32,000 nt of DNA. Origin: Erysipelotrichaceae bacterium MTC7 (GTDB lineage Bacteria; Bacillota_I; Bacilli_A; Erysipelotrichales; Erysipelotrichaceae). The stretch covers positions 150,001 to 182,000 of the forward strand of contig LVZN01000001.1 in NCBI GenBank assembly GCA_001695645.1. The letters run 5' to 3'. Within the stretch, counting starts at the first letter, position 1. Each line of letters begins with the position of its first letter. The notes beneath the pieces were generated by a model. The model did no database searches and was not told the DNA's origin. It saw only the letters and a list, made by a program, of their open reading frames with translations. The position numbers were made by a program, and so were the translations under genes. Positions 17,005 through 25,881 of the stretch are shown here, piece after piece.

Positions 17005-17853
17005 CTAAACTTTCTTAACGTATTGTAGACCAACTGCTCCTGTTCCTGTGTGAGCCGCAATTACAGGTGCAAGTAAGCCAAATATTTTTTGATCTGTATC
17101 CACTGCATCAAAATATAAATCTTTCATCATTTGTGCAGATTCATCCGCATTCACATGGAGAATGGCAATTACGTAGTTATCATCAATCCCATGCGCTAAA
17201 AATGTATCAACCGCTTGTTTAATCGCTTTTGACATCGTTCTTACTTTGGCAAATTGATCAACCTTTCCCCCACTTGATTCATTCAGTTTCAAAATTGGTT
17301 TGATTTTTAACATTCCTCCAAGTTTTGCAGCAACGGGTGTAAGTCGCCCTCCTGCTGCTAAGTGATCTAAGTTTTCAACAATCAACAACGTATCACTATC
17401 TTGAATCGACGCTTCCAAACGTTTGATAATATCTTCAAGTGCGACACCCTCATCAACTAAGCGTTTTGCACTTTCTGCAATGTATAGTTGCATATATGCT
17501 GTTGTATAAATTTCAACACAACTAATTGGTAGACCTACGTTATCCGCAGCAAGTTTTACTGCTTGCATCGTTCCTGAGATTCCAGCACTTAATGGCACAA
17601 AAATCAAATGTTCATAACCATCTGCTTTCATTTGTTCAAGCATTTCTTCGACCAATCCAATGGGTGGCAAACTTGTTTTTAGCATCTTACCATCTTCAAT
17701 CATTTGAAAAATTTGTTCGGTTGTTGTATCCACCCCATCCAAATAGACATTTTCATCATCAATGATTTGTAATGGTAAGAAATATAACCCTTTGGCTTCC
17801 ACCTGCTCTTTGTTTAAACCACACCCACTGTCGGTTAATACTGCAATTTTCAT
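17005..17853 (-). CDS. DegV-family (FakB-like) fatty-acid-binding protein, paralog 2
   Basis: MKIAVLTDSG, LKTSLPP, AGGRLTPVAA..LKIKPIL, HTGTGAVGLQY. Clearly paralogous to 16140-16994. Confidence 0.88.
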   Translation of the reverse strand: MKIAVLTDSGCGLNKEQVEAKGLYFLPLQIIDDENVYLDGVDTTTEQIFQMIEDGKMLKTSLPPIGLVEEMLEQMKADGYEHLIFVPLSAGISGTMQAVKLAADNVGLPISCVEIYTTAYMQLYIAESAKRLVDEGVALEDIIKRLEASIQDSDTLLIVENLDHLAAGGRLTPVAAKLGGMLKIKPILKLNESSGGKVDQFAKVRTMSKAIKQAVDTFLAHGIDDNYVIAILHVNADESAQMMKDLYFDAVDTDQKIFGLLAPVIAAHTGTGAVGLQYVKKV

Positions 17854-17869
17854 GTTTGTTTATTCTCCT

Positions 17870-18727
17870 CTAATTTGTTTTCAATGTTGTTTGTACAGCC
17901 ACACAGCCTAGTCCCCCATGACAAGTTAAGACTGTTGGTAATTCTATGATTTCACATGTAATATCATCAAAGTATGCTTTTGCTATTTTCTCAACTTTTT
18001 GTGCTCCACTATAGTTGTTTGCATGTAAAATGTATACTTTATGCGTTAAGGCAGTCACATTGATACTTTTCAGTTTATCGACTGCTTCTGAAATCAGTTT
18101 TGTCTCCGTACGAGCAACTGCAAACTTATCGACAACACTACCATCTTCCTTTAAATATAGAAGAATTTTTATACGAAGTAAAGAAGCAACGTTTGCCGCA
18201 ATTGGGGAGATTCTTCCACCACGTTTTAGCTGCGTCAAACTCTCTGGATAGAGAAATGAAAAACTGTTTTTGCACTTCAAATCAATGGTTTTTAAGATTT
18301 CATCGATTGTTTTATCTTCATCCGCCATTTGTTTAGCCGTTTTTACACAATCATAAATTGGCGAACCCACACTACGTGTATCAATAATGTAAACATTATC
18401 CATACCAAGATCTTCTTTAACCATGTGATAGGTATGGTTCGCCCCACTTAATGAAGACGAACAAGTAAACACAAGAATTGCTTCATAATCTTTGCTTTTC
18501 CATTCTTCCATTCGTTGTGTTACATAACCAATACTTGGTTGGGATGTTGTTGGCACAACCCCATTTTCAAGTTCTCGATATAAGGTTGGTTTATCAATAT
18601 CAATTAAATCTTTAAATTCACGGTCGTTGATAATGACACTAAGTGGCATCAACTCAACACCTAAGGCATCAGCCATTTCGAAATCCATGGCACTTGTTGT
18701 ATCACATACAATTAAATAGTTTTTCAT
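17870..18727 (-). CDS. DegV-family (FakB-like) fatty-acid-binding protein, paralog 1 (more divergent)
   Basis: IVCDTTSAM, PTTSQPS, RGGRISPIAA..LRIK, HGGLGCVAVQ. Confidence 0.85.
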   Translation of the reverse strand: MKNYLIVCDTTSAMDFEMADALGVELMPLSVIINDREFKDLIDIDKPTLYRELENGVVPTTSQPSIGYVTQRMEEWKSKDYEAILVFTCSSSLSGANHTYHMVKEDLGMDNVYIIDTRSVGSPIYDCVKTAKQMADEDKTIDEILKTIDLKCKNSFSFLYPESLTQLKRGGRISPIAANVASLLRIKILLYLKEDGSVVDKFAVARTETKLISEAVDKLKSINVTALTHKVYILHANNYSGAQKVEKIAKAYFDDITCEIIELPTVLTCHGGLGCVAVQTTLKTN

Positions 18728-18839
18728 GTTTCTACCTCGCTATCTTTATTTTACCACATTATACACTGGTTGAAAGGAAAAACCACGTCATAGCCACACC
18801 TTGATTTTCTTTCATTTTAATTCATGGTATGATATTTAC

Positions 18840-19460
18840 ATGTATCGAATTCTAGAAAATACCAATCATGAAATCATCATTGATAAAAGTCGTTTCATTT
18901 GTTATCTATTTCGCGTTTTTAGTGAACAAGGAGCAAAAGATGAAATTGCTGCAGTGAAAAAACTGCATCCAAATGCAACCCATCATTGTTATGCCTTTAT
19001 GATTGGTGCACACAATGAAATCCAACGCAGCAACGATAATGGGGAACCCAGCGGAACTGCAGGCGCTCCAATTCTTGATAGTTTAACCAAAAATCAGATG
19101 AACGATACCCTTGCGGTAGTCGTTCGTTATTTTGGAGGCATCAAGCTAGGAGCAGGTGGCTTGATTCGCGCGTATTCAAAAAGTACAAGTGAAGCACTTA
19201 AACATGCCATCATTACCCAAAAGATGCAAACCATGGTGAGTCAACTCACCTTCGATTATGCATTTATTGGTGTGCTTGACCATTATCTTAGCACCAACAA
19301 CATTATCATTCTTGATAAACAGTACGAAGAACTTGTCACCTACACACTTCGCAGCGTGAGTGATTTTAGTAGGGATATTCAGGAGTTAAGCAGCGGAAGA
19401 TATCCATTAGAATTTATCAAAAATGAAGAGGTGGAAATTGAAGTACAGCCTGAAACGTAA
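18840..19460 (+). CDS. yigZ: YigZ/IMPACT-family protein
   Basis: DKSRFICYLF, HHCYAF, NDNGEPSGTAGAPIL, GGIKLGAGGLIRAY motifs of UPF0029/IMPACT. I prefer the ATG at 18840 (MYRILEN). The ORF-track TTG at 18801 has no SD. Confidence 0.8.
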   Translation: MYRILENTNHEIIIDKSRFICYLFRVFSEQGAKDEIAAVKKLHPNATHHCYAFMIGAHNEIQRSNDNGEPSGTAGAPILDSLTKNQMNDTLAVVVRYFGGIKLGAGGLIRAYSKSTSEALKHAIITQKMQTMVSQLTFDYAFIGVLDHYLSTNNIIILDKQYEELVTYTLRSVSDFSRDIQELSSGRYPLEFIKNEEVEIEVQPET

Positions 19461-19502
19461 AAGAACTACAAACTAGTGATACTAGCATGCAGTTCTTTTT
19501 TT
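19459..19502. terminator. Bidirectional terminator between yigZ and HAD phosphatase
   Basis: AAAGAACTACA-AACTAGTGATACTAGCA-TGCAGTTCTTTTTTT, a long imperfect hairpin with an inner CTAGT/ACTAG pairing. Confidence 0.7.
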
Positions 19503-20289
19503 ATGCTTGCCTAAGAAAATCTTCCAAGGTTGTTAGTACCGCTTCTTCATCATTGCTTCCAATGATGTGTTTTGCGACTTTTTTTACTTCTGGATGTGCA
19601 TTGGACATGGCGTAACTTTCACCAACTTCTTGCAACATTTGATAATCATTTAAATAATCACCAAACGCCATAATTTCATCCTTACGTAGATTGAGCAGTT
19701 CTTCGAGTTTACGAATGCCAAACCCTTTGTTTACACCAGTTTTACTAAAGTCCATCCATTCACTGGCAGAAATCGCCAAATCACTATCGCCTTTGATTGG
19801 CGCGAATATCTTTTCATAGTCTTTGGAATTGTAACCTTCAAAATACAATGCCATTTTCACGACATCATCATCCACTTCTGCAAAGCTATCCACCCAAATA
19901 AGCGTTGGATAATAGACATGAAACGTGTTAGCAAACCTTTCGTGTTCTTTTAACCCATAGGCTGCATGTGCAGTTGCAAGGATGGGCACAATGTCTTTAT
20001 ACTTGCGTACTTCAGTAGTTATCTGATCGACTACACTTGGATCAAGTTTACTCGTGTAAATAATCTTTCCTTGATGAAAGAGTACACCACCATTTTCCGC
20101 AATGATGGTAAAGCGATCTTTAAATTTGGGAAAGTCACGTTGTACACTTGCTAAAGAACGACCGGTGGCAATACCCACAGCATAGCCACGTTGTAACAGC
20201 TCTTCAAAAATAGCATCAGCTTTTTTAGGAATACTTTTATCGGAATGCGAAAGGGTTCCATCCATATCACTTAATATTAATTTAATCAT
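19501..20289 (-). CDS. Cof-type HAD-IIB phosphatase
   Basis: SDMDGTL, GIATGRS, FGDYLNDYQM motifs. 262 aa. Confidence 0.85.
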   Translation of the reverse strand: MIKLILSDMDGTLSHSDKSIPKKADAIFEELLQRGYAVGIATGRSLASVQRDFPKFKDRFTIIAENGGVLFHQGKIIYTSKLDPSVVDQITTEVRKYKDIVPILATAHAAYGLKEHERFANTFHVYYPTLIWVDSFAEVDDDVVKMALYFEGYNSKDYEKIFAPIKGDSDLAISASEWMDFSKTGVNKGFGIRKLEELLNLRKDEIMAFGDYLNDYQMLQEVGESYAMSNAHPEVKKVAKHIIGSNDEEAVLTTLEDFLRQA

Positions 20290-20297
20290 CAGCTCAC

Positions 20298-21080
20298 CTA
20301 CTTTAATGCAAACTCTTGCTTTAACGTTTGAATGACAGCAAGATCATCATTGCTACCAATTACGTGTTTTGCGATTTCTTTGACAGGTTCCACAGCATTT
20401 GCAACTGCATAACTTTCACCTGCGTTTTTCAACAATTCATAATCGTTCATGTAATCGCCAAACGCCATGGTTTCTTCCTTGGTAATGTTAAGCAACTCTT
20501 GTAGTTTTTGCAACGATCTTCCTTTGTTTAAATCTTTGGCAAAGATATCAATAAAGTCTGCCCCTGAATACACGACGGTGTAATCTTCTTTAAATGGTTC
20601 TAGTTCTTTAACAAAACTTGCCGCATTTCCATCGGGTAAATACAATGAAATCTCTAAGATTTCATCATCGACACGACATAAATCATCAACCATATCCACC
20701 GCTGGGAAATGGTGTTGCAAGATGGGTAATGCAAAAGCAAACTCTTTTTCAATATATGCTGTCTTTAACCCAGAAGCAACAATACAATATCTACCCGCAA
20801 CCAGTTCTTTTACGTTTTTCATAATGGTTGCATCTGTTGTTTCTACATGAATGATCTTCCCTTTGTGACTAATCACCGCCCCATTTTCAGCAATGATTGT
20901 TAAATTGGCAAAATTACGCTTGAAGTCACGTTTTAAAGAACCAAGAGAACGTCCGGTTGCAATACCACAATAAACCCCTTTTTCTAACAATTGTTCAAAG
21001 ACTGAATGAATTTCCACTGGTATTTCAAAGTTTGATTTCACGAGTGTTCCATCCATATCCGTTAATACTAATTTTATCAT
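20298..21080 (-). CDS. Cof-type HAD-IIB phosphatase (tandem paralog)
   Basis: TDMDGTL, GIATGRS, FGDYMNDYEL motifs. I prefer the start MIKLVL at 21080 (GAGAGGTG SD). Confidence 0.85.
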   Translation of the reverse strand: MIKLVLTDMDGTLVKSNFEIPVEIHSVFEQLLEKGVYCGIATGRSLGSLKRDFKRNFANLTIIAENGAVISHKGKIIHVETTDATIMKNVKELVAGRYCIVASGLKTAYIEKEFAFALPILQHHFPAVDMVDDLCRVDDEILEISLYLPDGNAASFVKELEPFKEDYTVVYSGADFIDIFAKDLNKGRSLQKLQELLNITKEETMAFGDYMNDYELLKNAGESYAVANAVEPVKEIAKHVIGSNDDLAVIQTLKQEFALK

Positions 21081-21153
21081 ACACACCTCTCATACAATCC
21101 ATTTAAGTATAGCATGAAATGCAATCTTCTTTATAACGTGTCTGCACAATTAC

Positions 21154-21188
21154 ACAAAAAAAGTGACCAACTATCTAAAGTTGATCAC
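21154..21188 (-). terminator. Rho-independent terminator after PFOR gene
   Basis: Minus strand has GTGATCAACT-ttagat-AGTTGGTCAC followed by TTTTTTTG. Confidence 0.75.
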
Positions 21189-21221
21189 CTTTACCCTATG
21201 AAAAGGGATTACAGTTACTGA

Positions 21222-24200
21222 TTATTCGAATTCAGCTAATCCAGTTAAACGACGGAAACGTTTTTCAGCATCACTTCTAGTTTTAGCGAACGCAGCTTCT
21301 GCGTGTTCTTCACCAGTAAGTTTTAATAATGCAGAGTAACGAGTTTCATTCATAATAAATGTTTGGAACTTGTCGAAGTCTGGGTTTTTGAAGTCAATTT
21401 GTAATGGTTTTTCTAGACGTGGATCGAAACGATACAATGGCCAGTAACCACATTCAACTGCAGCTTTTTGTGTTTTTTGGTGATTCATTAATCCACCTTT
21501 AATTCCGTGTTCAATACATGGAGAGTAAGCGATAATTAATGAAGGTCCTTGGTAAGCTTCAGCTTCTTTAATTGCTTTCAATGTTTGGATCTTGTTTGCT
21601 CCCATAGCGATACTTGCAACATATACATGTCCGTATGCCATAGCGATTTGTCCAAGATCTTTCTTAGCAGTTTGTTTACCACCAGCTGCGAATTTTGCAA
21701 TACTTGCAGCTTGACTTGCTTTACTTGATTGTCCACCAGTGTTTGAGTAAACCTCAGTGTCAAGAACTAAGATATTAACGTTTAATGCGTTAGCAATAAC
21801 GTGGTCAAGTCCACCGTATCCGATGTCATATGCCCATCCATCTCCACCAACGATCCAAATTGATTTACCAACTAGGTCACGTTCGTAGTTTAATAATTCT
21901 TTAACTGCTTCGTTTTTACTTGCTTTTACACCAGCAACGATTGCATCTTTACAAGCACGTTGAGCTTCACGGTTATCGTTAGCATCAATGTATGCTTGGA
22001 ATGCTTCTTTTAATTCAGGTTCAACATCGTTGATATTTTTTTCCATGATATCAAGGATTGTTCCTTCTTTGAATGTTTGAGCAAGTGCCATACCATATCC
22101 GTACTCAGCGTTGTCTTCAAATAGTGAGTTCGCCCATGCAACCCCTTCACCGTTTTTATCAGCGATGAATGGTGTCGATGGAGTAGATCCACAGTAAATT
22201 GAAGAACATCCAGTAGCGTTTGCTACCATCATGTCTTTACCGTAAAGTTGAGAAATCAAACGGTAGTATGGAGTTTCCCCACAACCTGGACATGATCCAC
22301 TTACTTCAAAGTAAGGAGTCATGAATTGACTTTCTTTTACAGCATTTGTTTCGTAGTAACCTAATTTAGGTTCAGTTTCTTTGTATAAGTAGTCAGCTAA
22401 AGGAGCTTCTGGTAATACTTCGTGAATATCAACCATTTCAAGTGCTTTGTTGCCACCTTTACCTGGACATTCTACAGCACAAAGTCCACAACCAACACAG
22501 TTGTCTGGTGAAACTTGAATGCGGTATTGGAATTCTTCAACGCCTTTACCCATAGGTGCAATTGTTGTAAATTCTTGTGGTGCATTTTTAATATCTTCTT
22601 CTGTTAATAAGAATTGACGGATTGTCGCATGAGGACAAACAAATGAACAGAATCCACATTGGATACAGTTTTCTGAATGCCATTTAGGTACTTCTGTTGC
22701 AATGGTACGTTTTTCCCAGAAAGAAACATTGTTTCTCATAGAACCATCAAGTAGGTCGTATTTTGTAAATGCAGATACTGGTAAGTCGTATCCCATTGCC
22801 ATATTGATTGGTGCAACGTGTTTGTCGAAGTATTCATCTCCAGTTGTTGATGATAATGGATCTGATTTTAAATCAGCCCATGCTGGATCTACTGTAACTT
22901 CAACTAAACCAGCTTTACCTTCATCGATTGCTTTGTAGTTCATCTCTACAACTTCATCACCTTTTTTACCATATGATTTTTTAGCAGCTGCTTTCATTAA
23001 GTCAATTGCTTTGTCATAAGGCATAATGTTTTCGTTAAGTGCGAAGAATGCAGATTGTAAGATTGTGTTTGTACGACGTCCCATACCAATCTTAGCAGCG
23101 ATTTCTGTAGCATCAATGATGTAGAATTTCGCATGTTTTTTCGCCAATTGTACTTTGATACGGTTTGGCATTTGGTTGATAATATCTTCTTTCTTGAAGG
23201 TTGTGTTAAGTAAGAATGTTCCTCCATCTTTTAATGAACGAAGTAAGTCATACTTGAACATGTATGCATCAAGTGAACAAGAAATAAAGTCAGCTTGGTT
23301 GATGTAGTATGTTGAACGGATTGGACTTGATCCAAAACGTAAGTGACTACGTGTAACCCCACCAGCTTTTTTAGAGTCATATGCAAAGTAAGCTTGTGCA
23401 TATAAGTCTGTGTTATCACCGATAATTTTAATTGAGTTTTTGTTTGCAGACACAGTTCCATCTGATCCTAGACCCCAGAATAAACATGAAGTGTAGTCAC
23501 TAGCAACTTTAAAATCTACATCTTCCGTTAATGATAAGTTTGTTACATCATCAACGATACCAATTGTAAATTCTTCTTTTGGTGCATCTTTAGCAAGTTC
23601 ATCGTATACAGCTTTAATTTGACCTGCAGTTGTATCTTTTGAACCTAATCCATAACGACCACCAATGATTGTGATATCTTTACGGTCTTTTAAGACAGAT
23701 AATACATCTAAGTATAGTGGTTCTCTAGCACCCATTTCTTTTGTACGGTCAAGTACTGCAATACTCTTAACTGTACTTGGAAGTGCATCTAAGAAGTATT
23801 TTGCTGAGAATGGACGGTATAAGTGAACTTTCATAAGTCCAACTTTAGCTCCACCTTTATTCATTGTGTCAATTGTTTCTTGAATTGTTTCAGTTACAGA
23901 ACCCATTGCAATAATGATACGTTCTGCATCTTTTGCACCATAGTAAGTAAATGGAGCGTAGTTACGTCCCGTTTGTTTACTGAATGCTTTCATGTAATCA
24001 GCTACGATATCAGCGATTGCATCGTAGTGTTGGTTTTGTGCTTCTTTTCCTTGGAAGAAAATGTCATCATTTTCTGCCCCACCACGTGTTACAGGGTTTG
24101 TGTGTGGGTTTAAAGCATTTTGACGGAAGCGTTCTAAAGCTTCTGTATCAAGTTGATCTTTTAAGAAATCGTAATCCATTGTTTCAATTTTTTGGATTTC

Positions 24201-24734
24201 ATGAGATGTTCTAAATCCATCAAAGAAGTGGATAAATGGAACTGATCCTTTAATTGCAGCTAAATGCGCAAGTCCACTTAAATCCATTGCTTCTTGCACT
24301 GAGTGTGAAGCAAGAATTGCACATCCGATTTGACGACATGCGTAAACATCTTGGTGATCCCCGAAAATATTAAGTGCACGACTTGCTAAAGCACGAGCAG
24401 CAACGTGGATAACACCTGGTAATAATTCCCCAGTCATTTTGTAAATGTTTGGGATCATTAACAATAAACCTTGTGAAGCAGTGTATGTAGTTGACAAAGT
24501 TCCACCTTGAAGCGCACCATGCACTGCACCAGCAGCACCTGCTTCCGATTGTAACTCACTAACTTTCACTTTTTGTCCAAATACGTTTTCTTTACCTTGT
24601 GTTGACCAAGTATCAGTTACTTCGGCCATTGGTGAAGATGGGGTAATTGGATAAATTCCAGATACTTCAGTAAGAGCGTAAGCTCCATATGCAGCAGCTG
24701 TATTTCCGTCCATAGACACGAAATTTTTTGCCAT
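21222..24734 (-). CDS. nifJ: Pyruvate:ferredoxin (flavodoxin) oxidoreductase, single-polypeptide NifJ/PFOR type
   Basis: About 1170 aa. Two 4Fe-4S motifs, CIQCGFCSFVCP and CVGCGLCAVECP. TPP-binding GGDGWAYDIGYGGLDH. Start MAKNFVSMDG at 24734 (AAAGGAGG SD). Confidence 0.93.
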   Translation of the reverse strand: MAKNFVSMDGNTAAAYGAYALTEVSGIYPITPSSPMAEVTDTWSTQGKENVFGQKVKVSELQSEAGAAGAVHGALQGGTLSTTYTASQGLLLMIPNIYKMTGELLPGVIHVAARALASRALNIFGDHQDVYACRQIGCAILASHSVQEAMDLSGLAHLAAIKGSVPFIHFFDGFRTSHEIQKIETMDYDFLKDQLDTEALERFRQNALNPHTNPVTRGGAENDDIFFQGKEAQNQHYDAIADIVADYMKAFSKQTGRNYAPFTYYGAKDAERIIIAMGSVTETIQETIDTMNKGGAKVGLMKVHLYRPFSAKYFLDALPSTVKSIAVLDRTKEMGAREPLYLDVLSVLKDRKDITIIGGRYGLGSKDTTAGQIKAVYDELAKDAPKEEFTIGIVDDVTNLSLTEDVDFKVASDYTSCLFWGLGSDGTVSANKNSIKIIGDNTDLYAQAYFAYDSKKAGGVTRSHLRFGSSPIRSTYYINQADFISCSLDAYMFKYDLLRSLKDGGTFLLNTTFKKEDIINQMPNRIKVQLAKKHAKFYIIDATEIAAKIGMGRRTNTILQSAFFALNENIMPYDKAIDLMKAAAKKSYGKKGDEVVEMNYKAIDEGKAGLVEVTVDPAWADLKSDPLSSTTGDEYFDKHVAPINMAMGYDLPVSAFTKYDLLDGSMRNNVSFWEKRTIATEVPKWHSENCIQCGFCSFVCPHATIRQFLLTEEDIKNAPQEFTTIAPMGKGVEEFQYRIQVSPDNCVGCGLCAVECPGKGGNKALEMVDIHEVLPEAPLADYLYKETEPKLGYYETNAVKESQFMTPYFEVSGSCPGCGETPYYRLISQLYGKDMMVANATGCSSIYCGSTPSTPFIADKNGEGVAWANSLFEDNAEYGYGMALAQTFKEGTILDIMEKNINDVEPELKEAFQAYIDANDNREAQRACKDAIVAGVKASKNEAVKELLNYERDLVGKSIWIVGGDGWAYDIGYGGLDHVIANALNVNILVLDTEVYSNTGGQSSKASQAASIAKFAAGGKQTAKKDLGQIAMAYGHVYVASIAMGANKIQTLKAIKEAEAYQGPSLIIAYSPCIEHGIKGGLMNHQKTQKAAVECGYWPLYRFDPRLEKPLQIDFKNPDFDKFQTFIMNETRYSALLKLTGEEHAEAAFAKTRSDAEKRFRRLTGLAEFE

Positions 24735-24981
24735 TTTGTTATGTCCTCCTTTAAACAGTCTTAGCACACTTCATTATAGTACTAAACACGTAAAAAAAAA
24801 AGGGCTTTCCATGTTTTTCTAAAAACCCAAAACATTCTGAAAAAGGTTCATAAAGTTAGAATTCATCTAACTTTACGCATTTCTTTCAAAAAAATGAAAA
24901 GGGTTTCAAAAAAAGGTTCAAGAAACACGCCCCGTTTTTGATTATGTTATATAACTTAGTCTTTGATGAAAGTAAAATGTT

Positions 24982-25881
24982 TCATCGATTTTCAAGTTTT
25001 CCACTGACAATTTTCTCTTTAATCAGTTGTACGGTATCTTTACTTCCAGCAAAGATTCCACTACTCAAACTACTTGCTACATTGCGCGACAAACATTCTT
25101 GAATGAATTGGTAGATATCACCTTCTTGTTCGTAACATAAGGCAATCCCTGCTGCAATAGCACCCAAATAGACCTGTTCGCTTTCATCTTTCACTTTGCA
25201 AGTTCCATAATACATTTGATTTTCTACACTCACGAGAATTCGATTGTTTTTCATTGCTAGCACAAGGATTCGTGCATACTTGTGTAACTCTTTAGCTAGA
25301 GCCACAAATGTATCTTCTTCCATCGCATCCAGTTGAAAGGTATCACAAACATCCTCATAAGCAAGAACGAGTACATTGCTATATGCATCCAATTCCATCA
25401 CCTGCTTTGCTTTGATGACACCTACGACAATGTTTCCTTTGTCTTTTGCACTTTGGAACACGGCTTGCAAATCTTTTGCTGGCACACTATTTGCATCACT
25501 GATAATGCAGACATCTTGTGTTTGAATTTGGCTTTTTGCTAGCAATGCATACAATTTCAACTGTTGGCTATCGCTTGTATAAAAATCCTCTTGAAAGGTT
25601 TGTATGAGCGTTTCATCTTCGTACATACGAACATCCAGGTTGTTATGTTTTGCTATTTCAAGCACCTCACTTTGGTATGGTTCAAGAAAATCCTTTGCAT
25701 CACTTCCAAGCATGCTCATGACTTGATAAGCAAGATCTTCTTGTTTAATATAATCAGCACACTGCATTCCATCACCCATCACTTGGTAGGTTACGTGTTG
25801 ACTATAAAACTGACCATCTTCATCAGTTGTTCCACGAACGACCTTTTGCAAGTATGGATATACGGATAAGATTTGTATCAT
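24982..25881 (-). CDS. Divergent PfkB/ribokinase-fold-like protein lacking the catalytic GAGD motif (function unknown)
   Basis: My by-eye alignment to ribokinase: YQVMGDGMQCADY against the GGKGANQA region, and KDESEQVYLGAIAAGIALCY against the DTxGAGDxFxGAL region. ATGA overlap with the nnr stop. SD GGAGGAAC. Confidence 0.45.
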   Translation of the reverse strand: MIQILSVYPYLQKVVRGTTDEDGQFYSQHVTYQVMGDGMQCADYIKQEDLAYQVMSMLGSDAKDFLEPYQSEVLEIAKHNNLDVRMYEDETLIQTFQEDFYTSDSQQLKLYALLAKSQIQTQDVCIISDANSVPAKDLQAVFQSAKDKGNIVVGVIKAKQVMELDAYSNVLVLAYEDVCDTFQLDAMEEDTFVALAKELHKYARILVLAMKNNRILVSVENQMYYGTCKVKDESEQVYLGAIAAGIALCYEQEGDIYQFIQECLSRNVASSLSSGIFAGSKDTVQLIKEKIVSGKLENR

